A DNA stretch of 63,134 nucleotides, filler included, from Octopus bimaculoides (taxonomy: Eukaryota), in NCBI RefSeq assembly GCF_001194135.2. It is 8 parts of 6 records of this genome, joined end to end, with 100 filler letters (N's around TTAATTAATTAA, not from the genome) between each part and the next. Parts side by side here need not be neighbours in the genome. Positions count along the whole stretch, not along the records: positions 4,610 to 15,111 come from NC_068983.1; positions 15,212 to 19,610 come from NC_068983.1; positions 19,711 to 35,562 come from NC_068996.1; 5 more parts are not named here. The stretch is one strand, 5' to 3'. How positions within the stretch are numbered: the stretch's first letter is position 1; the number at the start of each line of letters is the position of its first letter. Made by a program: the position numbers and the translations under genes. Below are positions 13,560-24,240 of this stretch, in pieces. A model generated the notes under the pieces. It made no database searches, was not told the origin of the DNA, and saw only the letters and a program-made list of their open reading frames with translations.

Positions 13560-14345
13560 AACCGTGTTTGGCATCAGAAGTTCTTATTGAAACTGACCTT
13601 ATACAGGCTTCCTTTGTCTCTTTTCTCTTCACTGAGAATCTCCCTATATCAGATCATAATGTTGCAGCTTATGTTGAAAGTGCTCCTTTTGCACAGCCAA
13701 GTTGGATATACTCAAGGGTTTGGTTTTCTACCCCACCTCCATGTCTTCTCTCTGTACAACAATGAGTTACTTGCCATCACGTATAACAATGTCCGTTCAT
13801 ATACAAATCTTACTACCCTCCAATCTTTCCTATCCTTCACCAAACATCCACTACTGACATACAATCTAAACAGAACATGTCAAACTTGCTTTGATTCCAT
13901 AAGCAAAGACTTTAAGATTATCCTCCAATGTGGAATACTAAATTTGTTTATGAAAAGCACACAAACAACTCAAACATTATTCATATCAGAAAATATGATC
14001 ACAACTTACCCCATTAGATACAAGTAGAAAGTATTTAGAGTATTCACTGTCACTGCTATACCTCCAATGTTACGTCTCAATATCGCCGTGTATCTATCTT
14101 GGGAAAAGCACATCCTCAGAATATCTGGGACCGCATCCTAAAAGTCAGCTCTTCTCTTCAGGTCCAAAAAATACTTCAAACCCCTCAAATTACTGAAAAT
14201 ATACAAAGCTTAGTTGCGGCCCACAATGAAATGTTCCCACATTTTCTGAGATGGGGCAGTTGTTGCACTCAAAGAAATACTCTAGACCACATCGGAAGAG
14301 AAACCACTAGACTATTCATCAGAAAATCACTATATTCCAAATAGG
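13560..14345 (+). pseudogene. Degenerate CR1-like LINE reverse transcriptase C-terminal fragment
   Basis: VGYTQGFGFLPHLHVFSLYNNELLAITYNNVRSYTNLTTLQS aligns by eye to the GVPQGSVLSP.LF..FINDL...HSYADD.TL region. Downstream remnants resemble SW..HI and LYKA..RP. Multiple frameshifts. Confidence 0.7.
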
Positions 14346-14359
14346 CCAAAGAATTGGTG

Positions 14360-14530
14360 TAGGAGTGACTGTGCGGTAAGTAGCTTGCTTACCAACCACA
14401 TGGTTCTGGGTTCAGTCCCACTGCATGGCACCTTGGGCAAGTGTCCTCTACTATAGCCTCAGGCCGACCAGAGCCTTGTGAGTGGATTTGGTAGACGGAA
14501 ACTGAAAGAAGCCTGTCGTATATATGTATC
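14360..14530 (+). mobile_element. CORE-type SINE (family B), 5' part
   Basis: GGAGTGACTGTGCGGTAAGTAGCTTGC...GGCACCTTGGGCAAGTGTC...GGAAACTGAAAGAAGCC. Confidence 0.9.
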
Positions 14531-15077
14531 CCCTGCACCCCTTGTTCCTGAATCTATGCCAGTGTTGCATTTCTGCGAAGGACCATAGGCATTGCTGCTT
14601 ACTCAAAGCCCACCAAGTAACATGAAATATCAAAGTACTGAGTTAGATACAATCAAGACAAACACTCGAAAGTGGTGCCCCAGTAAGGCCACAAACCAAA
14701 GTCTTGAACCATTCCAGAAGCAGTGAATAAAACTATGTTAGATGAATAACGTTATGTTGTCAGCTAATTATATTTAAATCTAGTTTGTATTGTTTACGTC
14801 TTCCTAAACAGTTTTTGTTGGTCAATGTGTGACTCTGCTGTGCCACAAAACTGATATCTAACTGCTCAATGTCATGTTATATTGACGTAATAGAGTTACT
14901 GGCGTTACATCCCACAAATGAACAATGCTAGCAAGCTTGGCTCATTATCAATTATCTAATAGCTAATTAACTTACTGTAAATACATGTATTGTGTCAGTA
15001 TTTGATTATTTCCTGGATGTATGATGCACACATTGTACAGCCATGCATATTTATATATACATACACATACACATACG

Positions 15078-15111
<34 letters not shown>

Positions 15112-15211
15112 NNNNNNNNNNNNNNNNNNNNNNNNNNNNNNNNNNNNNNNNNNNNTTAATTAATTAANNNNNNNNNNNNNNNNNNNNNNNNNNNNNNNNN
15201 NNNNNNNNNNN

Positions 15212-15419
15212 AAATACTTATATGGTTGGCTTTCGTCTAGTTCTCTTATTTCATTGGCTTTATCTAGTGTTATATTGCTACTTTTAACTAATTTTCCTCT
15301 TTTCAGGGTTGCTTTGGCACATTTTTCTAATCCGAATTTCATTTCTATTTCCTTGGTAAAGCCGTGTACTGTCTGTAGTAGTGTTTCTAGCTCTTTGTCG
15401 TTTTTTGCATATAATTTTA

Positions 15420-15422
<3 letters not shown>
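15212..15422 (-). mobile_element. R4/Dong-like non-LTR RT fragment, 5' end abutting (AAT)n, 3' end lost in gap
   Basis: LKLYAKNDKELETLLQTVHGFTKEIEMKFGLEKCAKATLKRGKLV...YKY, the segment that follows the catalytic YMDD in R4-clade RTs. Confidence 0.85.
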
Positions 15423-15577
<155 letters not shown>

Positions 15578-15686
15578 TAAATGCAGTGTACAAGAACCAA
15601 TACTAATATTTATAAAATACATGGAAGATATCGCCCTCATCATAGAGTAGTGTGGTTTAATAGCACTCACCATGCTTTGACAAGTT

Positions 15687-16178
15687 GAAAGCAGTCCACA
15701 TTTTGCTAATTTCTATTTCAAGATCTTTATAGTTGCTCAGTTTTTGGTAGGTCTTGACAAATACGTTTTTGTCTGAAGTCTTTCAATATGATTTCTGGCC
15801 TATTTGCATCTATTTTTCTGTCAGTTTGAATGGTGAAGTTCCAGAGGAGTGAGATGTGGTCATTTTCAAGCACCGGGGGTGGTTTGTTTTCCCACATGTC
15901 TTATCATGGGGCAAGTCCAGGTTTTTTCATATTACCCAGTGAATATATTATGAAGCTCTATCATAACTGTTCAGATACTCTGTAGGCGCAAGCAGACTGC
16001 ACATGGAGACAACATGATCGATGGTCTCCTTTTGTTGTTGACATATACGACATATTGGGGAGCTGCCGTTCTTTAATATGTTGACCTGATAGTTCCTTGT
16101 AGGTAGGCATTGATCTTGGGCTACTATGATAAACCCTTCTCTTTCTGATTTTAAGCCAGAAGCCATTAACCTTTGATT
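15687..16178 (-). mobile_element. R4/Dong-like fragment with CCHC knuckle and partial restriction-like endonuclease
   Basis: SGLKSEREGFIIVAQDQCLPTRNY...CRICQQQKETIDHVVSMC..., then RPEIILKD and KTYQKLSNYKDLEIEISKMW. Frameshifted. Confidence 0.85.
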
Positions 16179-16713
16179 GCCCTCGCCATAGAGTAGTGTG
16201 ATTTAATAGCACTCACCAGCTTTTGACAAGTTATATTTGGTGCATATGTAATTAAACACAGTCAATCCGTCAACCGTTCTTTACTGATCCAGCTAAATAT
16301 TAACGATGTGACAAACGGAAGGAGAGAGACTCCAGCTGGAATTCACTTCTACATTCACTTGGTTGGAATCCACTTCTACATTTCTAGTTACGTAGACTGA
16401 TGCAACCTGAAATGAAATGTTTACTCAAGAATACAACACTCCGAATAGTCGAGTAATGCAACACACAACGCTATATTTGTGAGTCCAACAATCTCTCTAC
16501 AGGTCACGAAACTTCACAACAAAATGCGTAATCATACTAATTGCAAAGATAATCATTGCCATAAAGTATTCTTGAGAAGATGAACTACTACAACATATAA
16601 TGGAATAGAAACACCATTACACGTTATTTTATTTGAAAATCTTAAAATACTATCCTTTTCACTATTCTTCGAATCATTCAGACATCAGATATTATTATTT
16701 ATTATTATTAATT

Positions 16714-16943
16714 AAAGCGGTTAGCTGGTAGAAACGTTAGCACGCCGGGCAAAATACTTAGAGGTATTTCGTCTGCCGCTAAGTTCTGAGTTCGAATTCC
16801 GCCGAGGTTAACTTTGCCTTTCATCCTTTCGGGATCGATTAAATAAGTACCAGTTACGCACAAGGTGATATATTCGAATTAATCCGTTTGTCTGTCCTTG
16901 TTTGTCTCCACGGTGTGTAGCCCTTGTGAGCAGTAAAGAAATA
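16714..16943 (+). mobile_element. SINE family A, long-tail variant, ending 23 bp upstream of the VWA exon
   Basis: Family A head and core plus the extended tail TTAATCCGTTTGTCTGTCCTTGTTTGTC...GCAGTAAAGAAATA. Possible TSD AGATATTA (16687-16694 and 16944-16951). Confidence 0.9.
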
Positions 16944-16966
16944 AGATATTAATCTTTCTTTTGTAG

Positions 16967-17533
16967 GTTGTGAAAAGGCAGTTGCTGATGTTATGCTCGT
17001 ATTGGATGAATCTGGCAGTGTTGGATCTAGGAACTTCGCGAAAATGAAAAGTTTTGCACAAAATATAGTGAAATCCCTTAACATTGGTAGAAACAAAATT
17101 CGTGTAGGAGCCATTACATTCAGCTCGACGGTCAAATCGCAGTTTAAGATGAATAGGTATTATAACAAGAAGAATTTACTCAAGGCAATCAATAGAATAG
17201 GGTACCGAAGAGGAGGAACGAATACACATTCAGCTCTTAATTACTTGAGGAGAATTTCATTCACACGAAGGGCAGGGGATAGAAAACGTGTCCCGAACAT
17301 TGCTATCATAATAACTGATGGCAAATCGAATACCCTCAGTAAAACTAAAAAAGAAGCATTGGAATTACGAAAACGTGGCACCATTGTGTTTGCTATCGGA
17401 GTTGGCAAAGGAATTAGACAGTCTGAATTGAAAATTATTGGTGGTTCACCAAGCCGAGATCATGTGTTCGCAGTTAAAAACTTTAACGTTCTTAATTCCA
17501 TTGTGAAGCAATTGGCTAAAAGAACTTGTAATG
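16967..17533 (+). CDS. Exon encoding one complete von Willebrand factor A domain (matrilin/collagen VI-like extracellular protein)
   Basis: Acceptor TCTTTCTTTTGTAG and donor G/GTATGT. 567 bp, phase 1-1, open throughout. MIDAS intact (DESGS, GGTNT, ITDG), with Cys at both domain ends. Confidence 0.95.
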
Positions 17534-18037
17534 GTATGTATATAATTTTGCATCTACAGATTGTAGAATTTCTCACACTCACAATACAATTCATAACTAT
17601 TCATGATGCTCAAAATGGTGTAGATTGCAAGGCAGTGTTAGTGTAATAATAGTTTTAGTTTCAGAATCACGTTGTAAAGGAAAACTAAATGTGTATCATT
17701 GAATATAATTAAAATGTAATAAATTTTTCAATGGTGAAATAATGCGTAATTATGTTGAAAAGGTATTAAAATGTCCTTTGATGACTTGTTATGTAGTTGC
17801 AATGAATTCATATTTTTAAATTGATATGATATATTCAAAAGACGATAATGTTATCCATTTTCACACTTAAAATACAATAGATTCAGATTTTAGGGAAATT
17901 TGCTTGGTTATAAATAAAATTTTCACTTAAATAGATTTCTGGACTCCCGGCTACCTTACTGGAAACTTGCCACAAAAACTTTTTATTTATTGCAACAATT
18001 TATAAACGGTGGCTGAGTATTTTAATTTAATTTCTAG

Positions 18038-18148
18038 CTCATCCATGTGACGCAAAACCATGCAAGAATGGTGGAGTGTGCAGGAGACTTGGCCAAGCAT
18101 ACAAATGCTCATGTAAACGTCCATATGTCGGTAGACACTGTACAATTG
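18038..18148 (+). CDS. Exon encoding one EGF-like domain
   Basis: Acceptor TTTCTAG and donor G/GTAAGA. 111 bp, phase 1-1. Reads HPCDAKPCKNGGVCRRLGQAYKCSCKRPYVGRHCTI with canonical six-Cys spacing, in frame with the VWA exon. Confidence 0.93.
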
Positions 18149-18635
18149 GTAAGAAACATTTAACTATTGAACTAGTAAATATGGAAGTCATTAATATCTA
18201 AAATAACAGATGCACATAAAAATTGTTGTAGAGTAACATGTCTCCTGAGTTCAGTCTCACGGTGAGAGCGTATGACTAACGATATGAATGTGGTCAGTTA
18301 TTTACAAAGCTTGTGAAAAACTAGAAAACGTTCTAATATATATGCTATCTCATAGAAATTATATTCAGTATGGCAGTTGAGATACTAGTATACATAAAGC
18401 CTGTGGTCATTACCTTCACTCATAAATACAAAATTTCATTCATACGATACGTAGTTACATATATCTGCGAACATAAAGTCTATGTATTCTAAGTAATGAA
18501 ATGTATATAAATATTTCTAAAACATTTTAAACAAAAATTACGTAACTGAAACACACAACACACACAACAGGAATCATTATTAAAATATTAAGGAAACATA
18601 TTCAAGTATTGATTATGCAATTATTACAAGGCTGG

Positions 18636-18898
18636 AAGGCGGCGAGCTGGTAGAACCGTTAGCACGCCGCGCGAAATTCTTAGCGGTATTTCGTCAGTCT
18701 ATGTTTAGCCCCCTGTGGGCAATAAAGAAATTAGTATTTCGTCAGTCTTTACGTTGTGTGTTCAAATTTCGTCGAGGTCAAATTTGTCTTTTATCGTTTT
18801 GAAGTCGATGAATTAAGTACCATTTGTGTACAAGGGTCGATCAAATCGACTGGCCCCCTCATGCAAAATTGCAGGCCTTGTTCCTATAGTAGAAAGGA
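18636..18898 (+). mobile_element. SINE family A carrying a nested 33-bp tail insertion
   Basis: Head, core and short tail present. Insert 18701-18733 is flanked by GTATTTCGTCAGTCT on both sides. Confidence 0.9.
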
Positions 18899-19012
18899 TT
18901 TTACAATTAATATTCATAATCTCGAATAAACGAATAGGATTATATATATATGTAATACGAAATGTTTAATGACATGGAACTAATTTATCTTATTTTTACT
19001 TTTCCTTTCAAG

Positions 19013-19033
19013 TCCGAAAACCACCAGCGCCAA
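19013..19033 (+). CDS. Candidate 21-nt micro-exon, (V)RKPPAP linker
   Basis: ACTAAT branch-like motif near 18979, long pyrimidine tract TTATTTTTACTTTTCCTTTCAAG and consensus donor AA/GTAAGT. Phase 1-1, in frame with the EGF exon. Confidence 0.65.
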
Positions 19034-19195
19034 GTAAGTATCTGCCGACTTGTTACTGCACTATCAGTGAATAAGCGTTTCTATTTATATTTTGATAGTT
19101 CTTACAATTATCAGTCCAACCGACTAGATATTATGGACGTTAAACAAGAATTCCCTTTACTGATTCCACTCCTTCTTCTACATATTTTACAACTG

Positions 19196-19207
19196 TACTA
19201 CTACTAT

Positions 19208-19238
<31 letters not shown>

Positions 19239-19304
19239 GCATCTGCTGCTGCTACGACCACCACCACCACAACAACAACAACAACAATAACAACAACAAC
19301 AACA

Positions 19305-19377
<73 letters not shown>
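19196..19377. repeat. Compound (TAC)n(CAC)n(AAC)n(AAT)n microsatellite
   Basis: Direct inspection. Confidence 0.95.
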
Positions 19378-19575
19378 GTTTATAGAGAGGACTGTAAACC
19401 CAGCAGAAATGTAATAGATAGAAAGATGAGTTCTTAACTTTTGTATACGATTGCCAAATTCCATCATGGCTGAAACGCATAAATAAATAGATAAATAAAA
19501 TACATATATATATAAATATATTTATATATATGTAAATACATATATATATATATAATTACATAAATATATATATAA

Positions 19576-19610
<35 letters not shown>

Positions 19611-19710
19611 NNNNNNNNNNNNNNNNNNNNNNNNNNNNNNNNNNNNNNNNNNNNTTAATTAATTAANNNNNNNNNNNNNNNNNNNNNNNNNNNNNNNNNN
19701 NNNNNNNNNN

Positions 19711-19799
<89 letters not shown>

Positions 19800-19901
19800 T
19801 ATTATTATCATATATAGATACACACCTATATGTTATACATATATTTATATGTATATGTATGGTGTGTGTATGTATATATATATATATACAATATGTATAT
19901 A

Positions 19902-20880
19902 CAGGGTGCGATGGATAAATTGTCGCCCTTTTATGTTTTTAATTGTCGACTACACAGTATAGTAGGCTCAGTTGGGCACATTCATTCTGTGTGAAAAACA
20001 CCACCATGACACAATTCACTCTGCCAGAAATTTGGAAATGACATGCTGTACTGCTTGGCATTCACACTGGAAGCTCCAATACGAACATTTCAGAGTATTT
20101 GGATGTCAATCTGAGTACAGTGCAGACGATTCGGAAAGAGTTGGATGAGTCTAATGGCGATTACGAAGGTACGGCAGCTCGGAAAACTCACTCTGATCGT
20201 TCTGATAAAGAACTCCTAAATTTCTTGGTGAGATCCAGGCCGTGATTGACAACGATTCTTCTAAGTCAATCAGATCCATCGCCAGAGACATGCGTGTGTC
20301 TGAGTTTCTTATCAGGCAGGTAGTGCATGAAAACATTCGGTATTCCTCATACAAGATGAGAAAGGGCCAATTTTTATCCCAAGCCCATCAAGGACAAGAG
20401 GAAAGATCGTGCTATGAAGCTTTTGACCAAACTCAAGCATCCCCATCAACCGAACATGCTTTGGTTTTTCTCAAAGGAGAAAATTTTCTGCAAGAATCAG
20501 ATGGTGATCACACAGAACAACTGATGGTTTGCCTTGTCCCCAAAACATGTACCAAGAGTGATAAAAATCAAACATCCAGTCAACATCATGGTGTTTGGAG
20601 TGATCACTAGGGATGGCGACGTTATGCCTCCATTCATCTTCCCACGCGGCCTCAGACTCAACACAAAGGCCTACATCAAGTGCCTGGAAGAGGTAAGGCT
20701 GTCCTGGGTGAAGGGGATGGCTGCTGGAAGATCCCATGTCTGGCAACAGGACTCTGCACCATGTCACACAAGCAGGAGAACCCAGTCATGGCTGTCAGAC
20801 AATTTCTGCGACCACATCACTCCTAACATCTGGCCACCTAACTCCCCAGACTGCAACCCTCTTAATTATTATGTGTGAGG
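19902..20880 (+). mobile_element. Tc1/mariner DD37D (maT-like) transposon, left TIR and pseudogenised transposase
   Basis: TA-CAGGGTGCGATGGATAAATTGTCGCC TIR. WQQDSAPCH...WPPNSPDCNPLNYYV has 37 residues between the second D and the third catalytic position, which is N in this copy and D in the inverted copy. Frameshifts present. Confidence 0.9.
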
Positions 20881-21456
20881 TTGCAGTCGACTTCGGAATC
20901 CCCTGAAACTCTTCTGGATGGTCTCTTTGTTTAAGTTGGTGAATGCCTCTATAATTCTTGCCTTCAGTTCATTTTTGGTGTTACAAAGAGTTTTGTTGGT
21001 CTCTTGCTCAACTGTGCTCTACACATAATAATCAAGGGTTTTGCAGTCTGGGAAGTTAGGTGACCAGATGTCAGGAGTGATGTGGTTGCAGATGTGTCTC
21101 GTGCAGCGTCCTGTTGCAAGAAATGAAGATGAATGGAGGCTTAACACCATGACGTTGAGTGGATGTTTGATTTTTATCACTCTCGGTATATGTCCTCAGA
21201 TTGCATTCTCCTCAGATTGATACCCAAACACGCCGAAATAATCGTATTGGAGTTTCCGGTACGAATGCCAAGCAGTACAGCATGTCGTTTCAAATTTCTG
21301 GCAGAGTAAATTGCGCAATGGTGCTATTTTTCTCACAGACGATACTCGACTGACTCTACTATACTGTGTAGTCGACAAAAATTTTTTTTAAAAACAAGCA
21401 ATGCGCATGCGCGAAATAAGGATATAAAATGCCAACAATTTACCCATCGCACACTC
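20881..21456 (-). mobile_element. Second, internally deleted maT-like copy in inverted orientation
   Basis: The reverse complement has the TIR (21431-21456), the same subterminal TTGTCGACTACACAGTATAGTAG, the transposase start, then fragments HIPRVIKIKHP, CNHITPDIW..DYYV and the C-terminus ELKARIIEAFTNLNKETIQK. Confidence 0.85.
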
Positions 21457-22574
21457 CGCGCGTGTGTGTGTGTGTATACATATTCACATATGTATGTGTG
21501 TATATAATTATGTATGTATGTATGTATGCATGTATGTATATATGTGTGTGTATGCACACACATGCACTATCTTTTATTGAATATAATGAATATAAACAAT
21601 AAAGCTGATATACGGACATCTCGACCCAAGGAAATCTGACAACTTTCAATACGTGACGATAGCAGTACTACCAGGATGTAGAATCTTTACTACCAATAAA
21701 GTGAGTCGACAAATCTGCAGCATGTCTCACTTCTTCTAAGATAGTAAATGCAAAAGATTGAAATGACATATGTAAAAACTTACTCCGAACTAATTTTGCT
21801 GCATTTTGTTTGAAATGAAGCGATATCGACAGAAAAATCGAGTCAAATTTGAAAGATTAACAAAGCGGTTTAATAAGTTTTGTAGTTTTATTTTTAAAAT
21901 TTTGGGTGTATACATGTATATGTTTATATGAGCCTTTGTGTGTATGTGTGTGTATGTGTGCGTATGTATGTGAGTGAATGAATGAATGTGTGTGTGTGTG
22001 TGTGTGCGCGCGCGCGCATATGCGTGAGGTAGAGAACAAGGAAGAATATTTATTTATTTAGAGTTTCAAATCTGTAATAGTTGCTACAGTAATTTATGTC
22101 ACTTCGTCAGGAGACAAACATTTTCAGTTTCTAATTTCCTGACAAAACGGCATTAATTACTGCAGAAACAAATTGTAGAAACATGAAAATACTAATAAAT
22201 ATGCCTTGCTTTTCCTTCTTAATCTGCATTTATGCTCTATAAACATTGCAGACAATGCACTTATGTCATAGGATTACGCTTATATGTCATAAACTCTATG
22301 ACATATACTCTTCTTAGAATATACAAATCATACGGAAACGCACTCAATACTATGTATATGTATGTGTGTGCGTGTATGTATATAGATATATATATATATA
22401 TATATATATAAACATACACACACACACATACATTGAATGATCGAAGAAATAAAAAAGACACTAGTAAAACTGTTGTAAATTTTAAAAACATTAAAACACA
22501 AATAGCAAAAGATGGCAAAAAAGAAGAGAATATTTTTTTTTAAATATAAAGGGAAAATGAAGAGACAGTAAATA

Positions 22575-22581
22575 GTGCGGC

Positions 22582-22650
<69 letters not shown>
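22575..22650. repeat. (AG)n microsatellite
   Basis: Direct inspection. Confidence 0.95.
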
Positions 22651-22653
<3 letters not shown>

Positions 22654-22879
22654 AATGTGAGTGGGAGAGGCAGAAATAAAAGAAAAAGCAAAAACAAAAA
22701 GGCATTTTAAGAATGGAAAGAAGATGAAGAAGTGAAGGAGCCAAATAAAAATATTGTTAAACAGATAAAAATACAATTACAATAATTTTTTTTATTTAAG
22801 TGTAAAATTGATTTTTAGATAGAAACAATTCATTACAGAATAAGCTTTCACTGTTGACAAGAGCTATTTTACTTCACTC

Positions 22880-23123
22880 CGTTGTTCCACTTCCTTCTCT
22901 TCTTCTTCTATTTCTTGATCTTCTTCTCTTTCTTCTTCACTTCTCTTTCGTATTTTTGTTTCCATTCTTCTCGTTTCCTCTTCTTCTCCTTTTTCTTCTC
23001 ATTCCTCTTCTCATTCATCTGATTTCTTCTTTTTCTTCTTCTTCTCCTTCTTCTCCTTCTTCATTTTCTTCTTCTTCCACTTCTTCTTCTTCTTCTTCTT
23101 CTTCTTCATCTTTTTCTTCTTCC

Positions 23124-23154
<31 letters not shown>

Positions 23155-23344
23155 CTTCTTCTTCTTCTTCTTCCACTTCTTTTTCTTCTTCTTTTTCTTC
23201 TTTTTTTTCTTCTTTTTCTTATCTTCTTCTTCTTCTTCTTCTTCTTCTTCTTCTTCTTCATTTTCTTCTTCTTCCACTTCTTCTTTTTCTTCTTCTTCTT
23301 CTTCATTTTCTTCTTCTTCCACTTCTTCTTCTTCTTCTTCTTCC

Positions 23345-23385
<41 letters not shown>

Positions 23386-23428
23386 TTCTTCTTCTTCTTC
23401 TTCTCCTTCTTCATTTTCTTCTTCTTCC

Positions 23429-23459
<31 letters not shown>

Positions 23460-23531
23460 CTTCTTCTCCATTCTTCATTTTCTTCTTCTTCCACTTCTTC
23501 TTCTTCTTCTTCTTCTTTTTATTCTTCTTCC

Positions 23532-23562
<31 letters not shown>

Positions 23563-23624
23563 CTCCTTCTTCATTTTCTTCTTCTTCCACTTCTTCTTCT
23601 TCCACTTCTTCTTCTTCTTCTTCC

Positions 23625-23655
<31 letters not shown>

Positions 23656-23669
23656 CTTCCACTTCTTCC

Positions 23670-23700
<31 letters not shown>

Positions 23701-23792
23701 CCACTTCTTCTTCTTTTTTTTTCTTCTTCTTCTTCTTCGTTTTCTTCTTCTTCTTCTTCTTCCACTTCTTCTTCTTCTTCTTCTTCTCTTCC

Positions 23793-23823
<31 letters not shown>

Positions 23824-24100
23824 CTTCTTCCACTTCTTCTTATTCTTCTTCCACTTCTTCTTCGTCGTCTTCTTCTTCTTCCACTTCTTCTTATTCTTCT
23901 TCTTCTTCTTCTTCTTCTTCGTCTTCTTCTTCTTCTTCTTCGTCTTCTTCGTCTTCTTCTTCTTCTTCTTCGTCTTCTTCTTCTTCTTCCACTTCTTCTT
24001 CTTCCTCTTCTTCTTCTTCTTCGTCTTCTTCGTCTTCTTCTTTTTCCTCTTCTTCTTCTTCTTCTTCTTCTTCTTCTTCTTCTTCTACTACTACTACTAC

Positions 24101-24132
<32 letters not shown>

Positions 24133-24240
24133 TTACTACTACTTCTACTTCTTTTTCTTTTTCTTTTTCTCCTTCTTCTTCTTTTTCTTCTTCTTCTTCT
24201 TCTACTACTACTACTACTACTACTACATTTATATCTCTAT
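22880..24240. repeat. ~1.3-kb interrupted (TTC)n tract with (TAC)n segments at the distal end
   Basis: Near-pure pyrimidine + strand with recurring TTCCAC and TTCATT interruptions. Confidence 0.95.

Noticed and set aside
17534-17646. C-terminal 37 aa of the supplied 217-aa VWA ORF
   Set aside because: Read-through into the intron after the GTATGT donor at 17534. The domain ends at TCN, and the ORF's Met at 16993 is internal to the exon.
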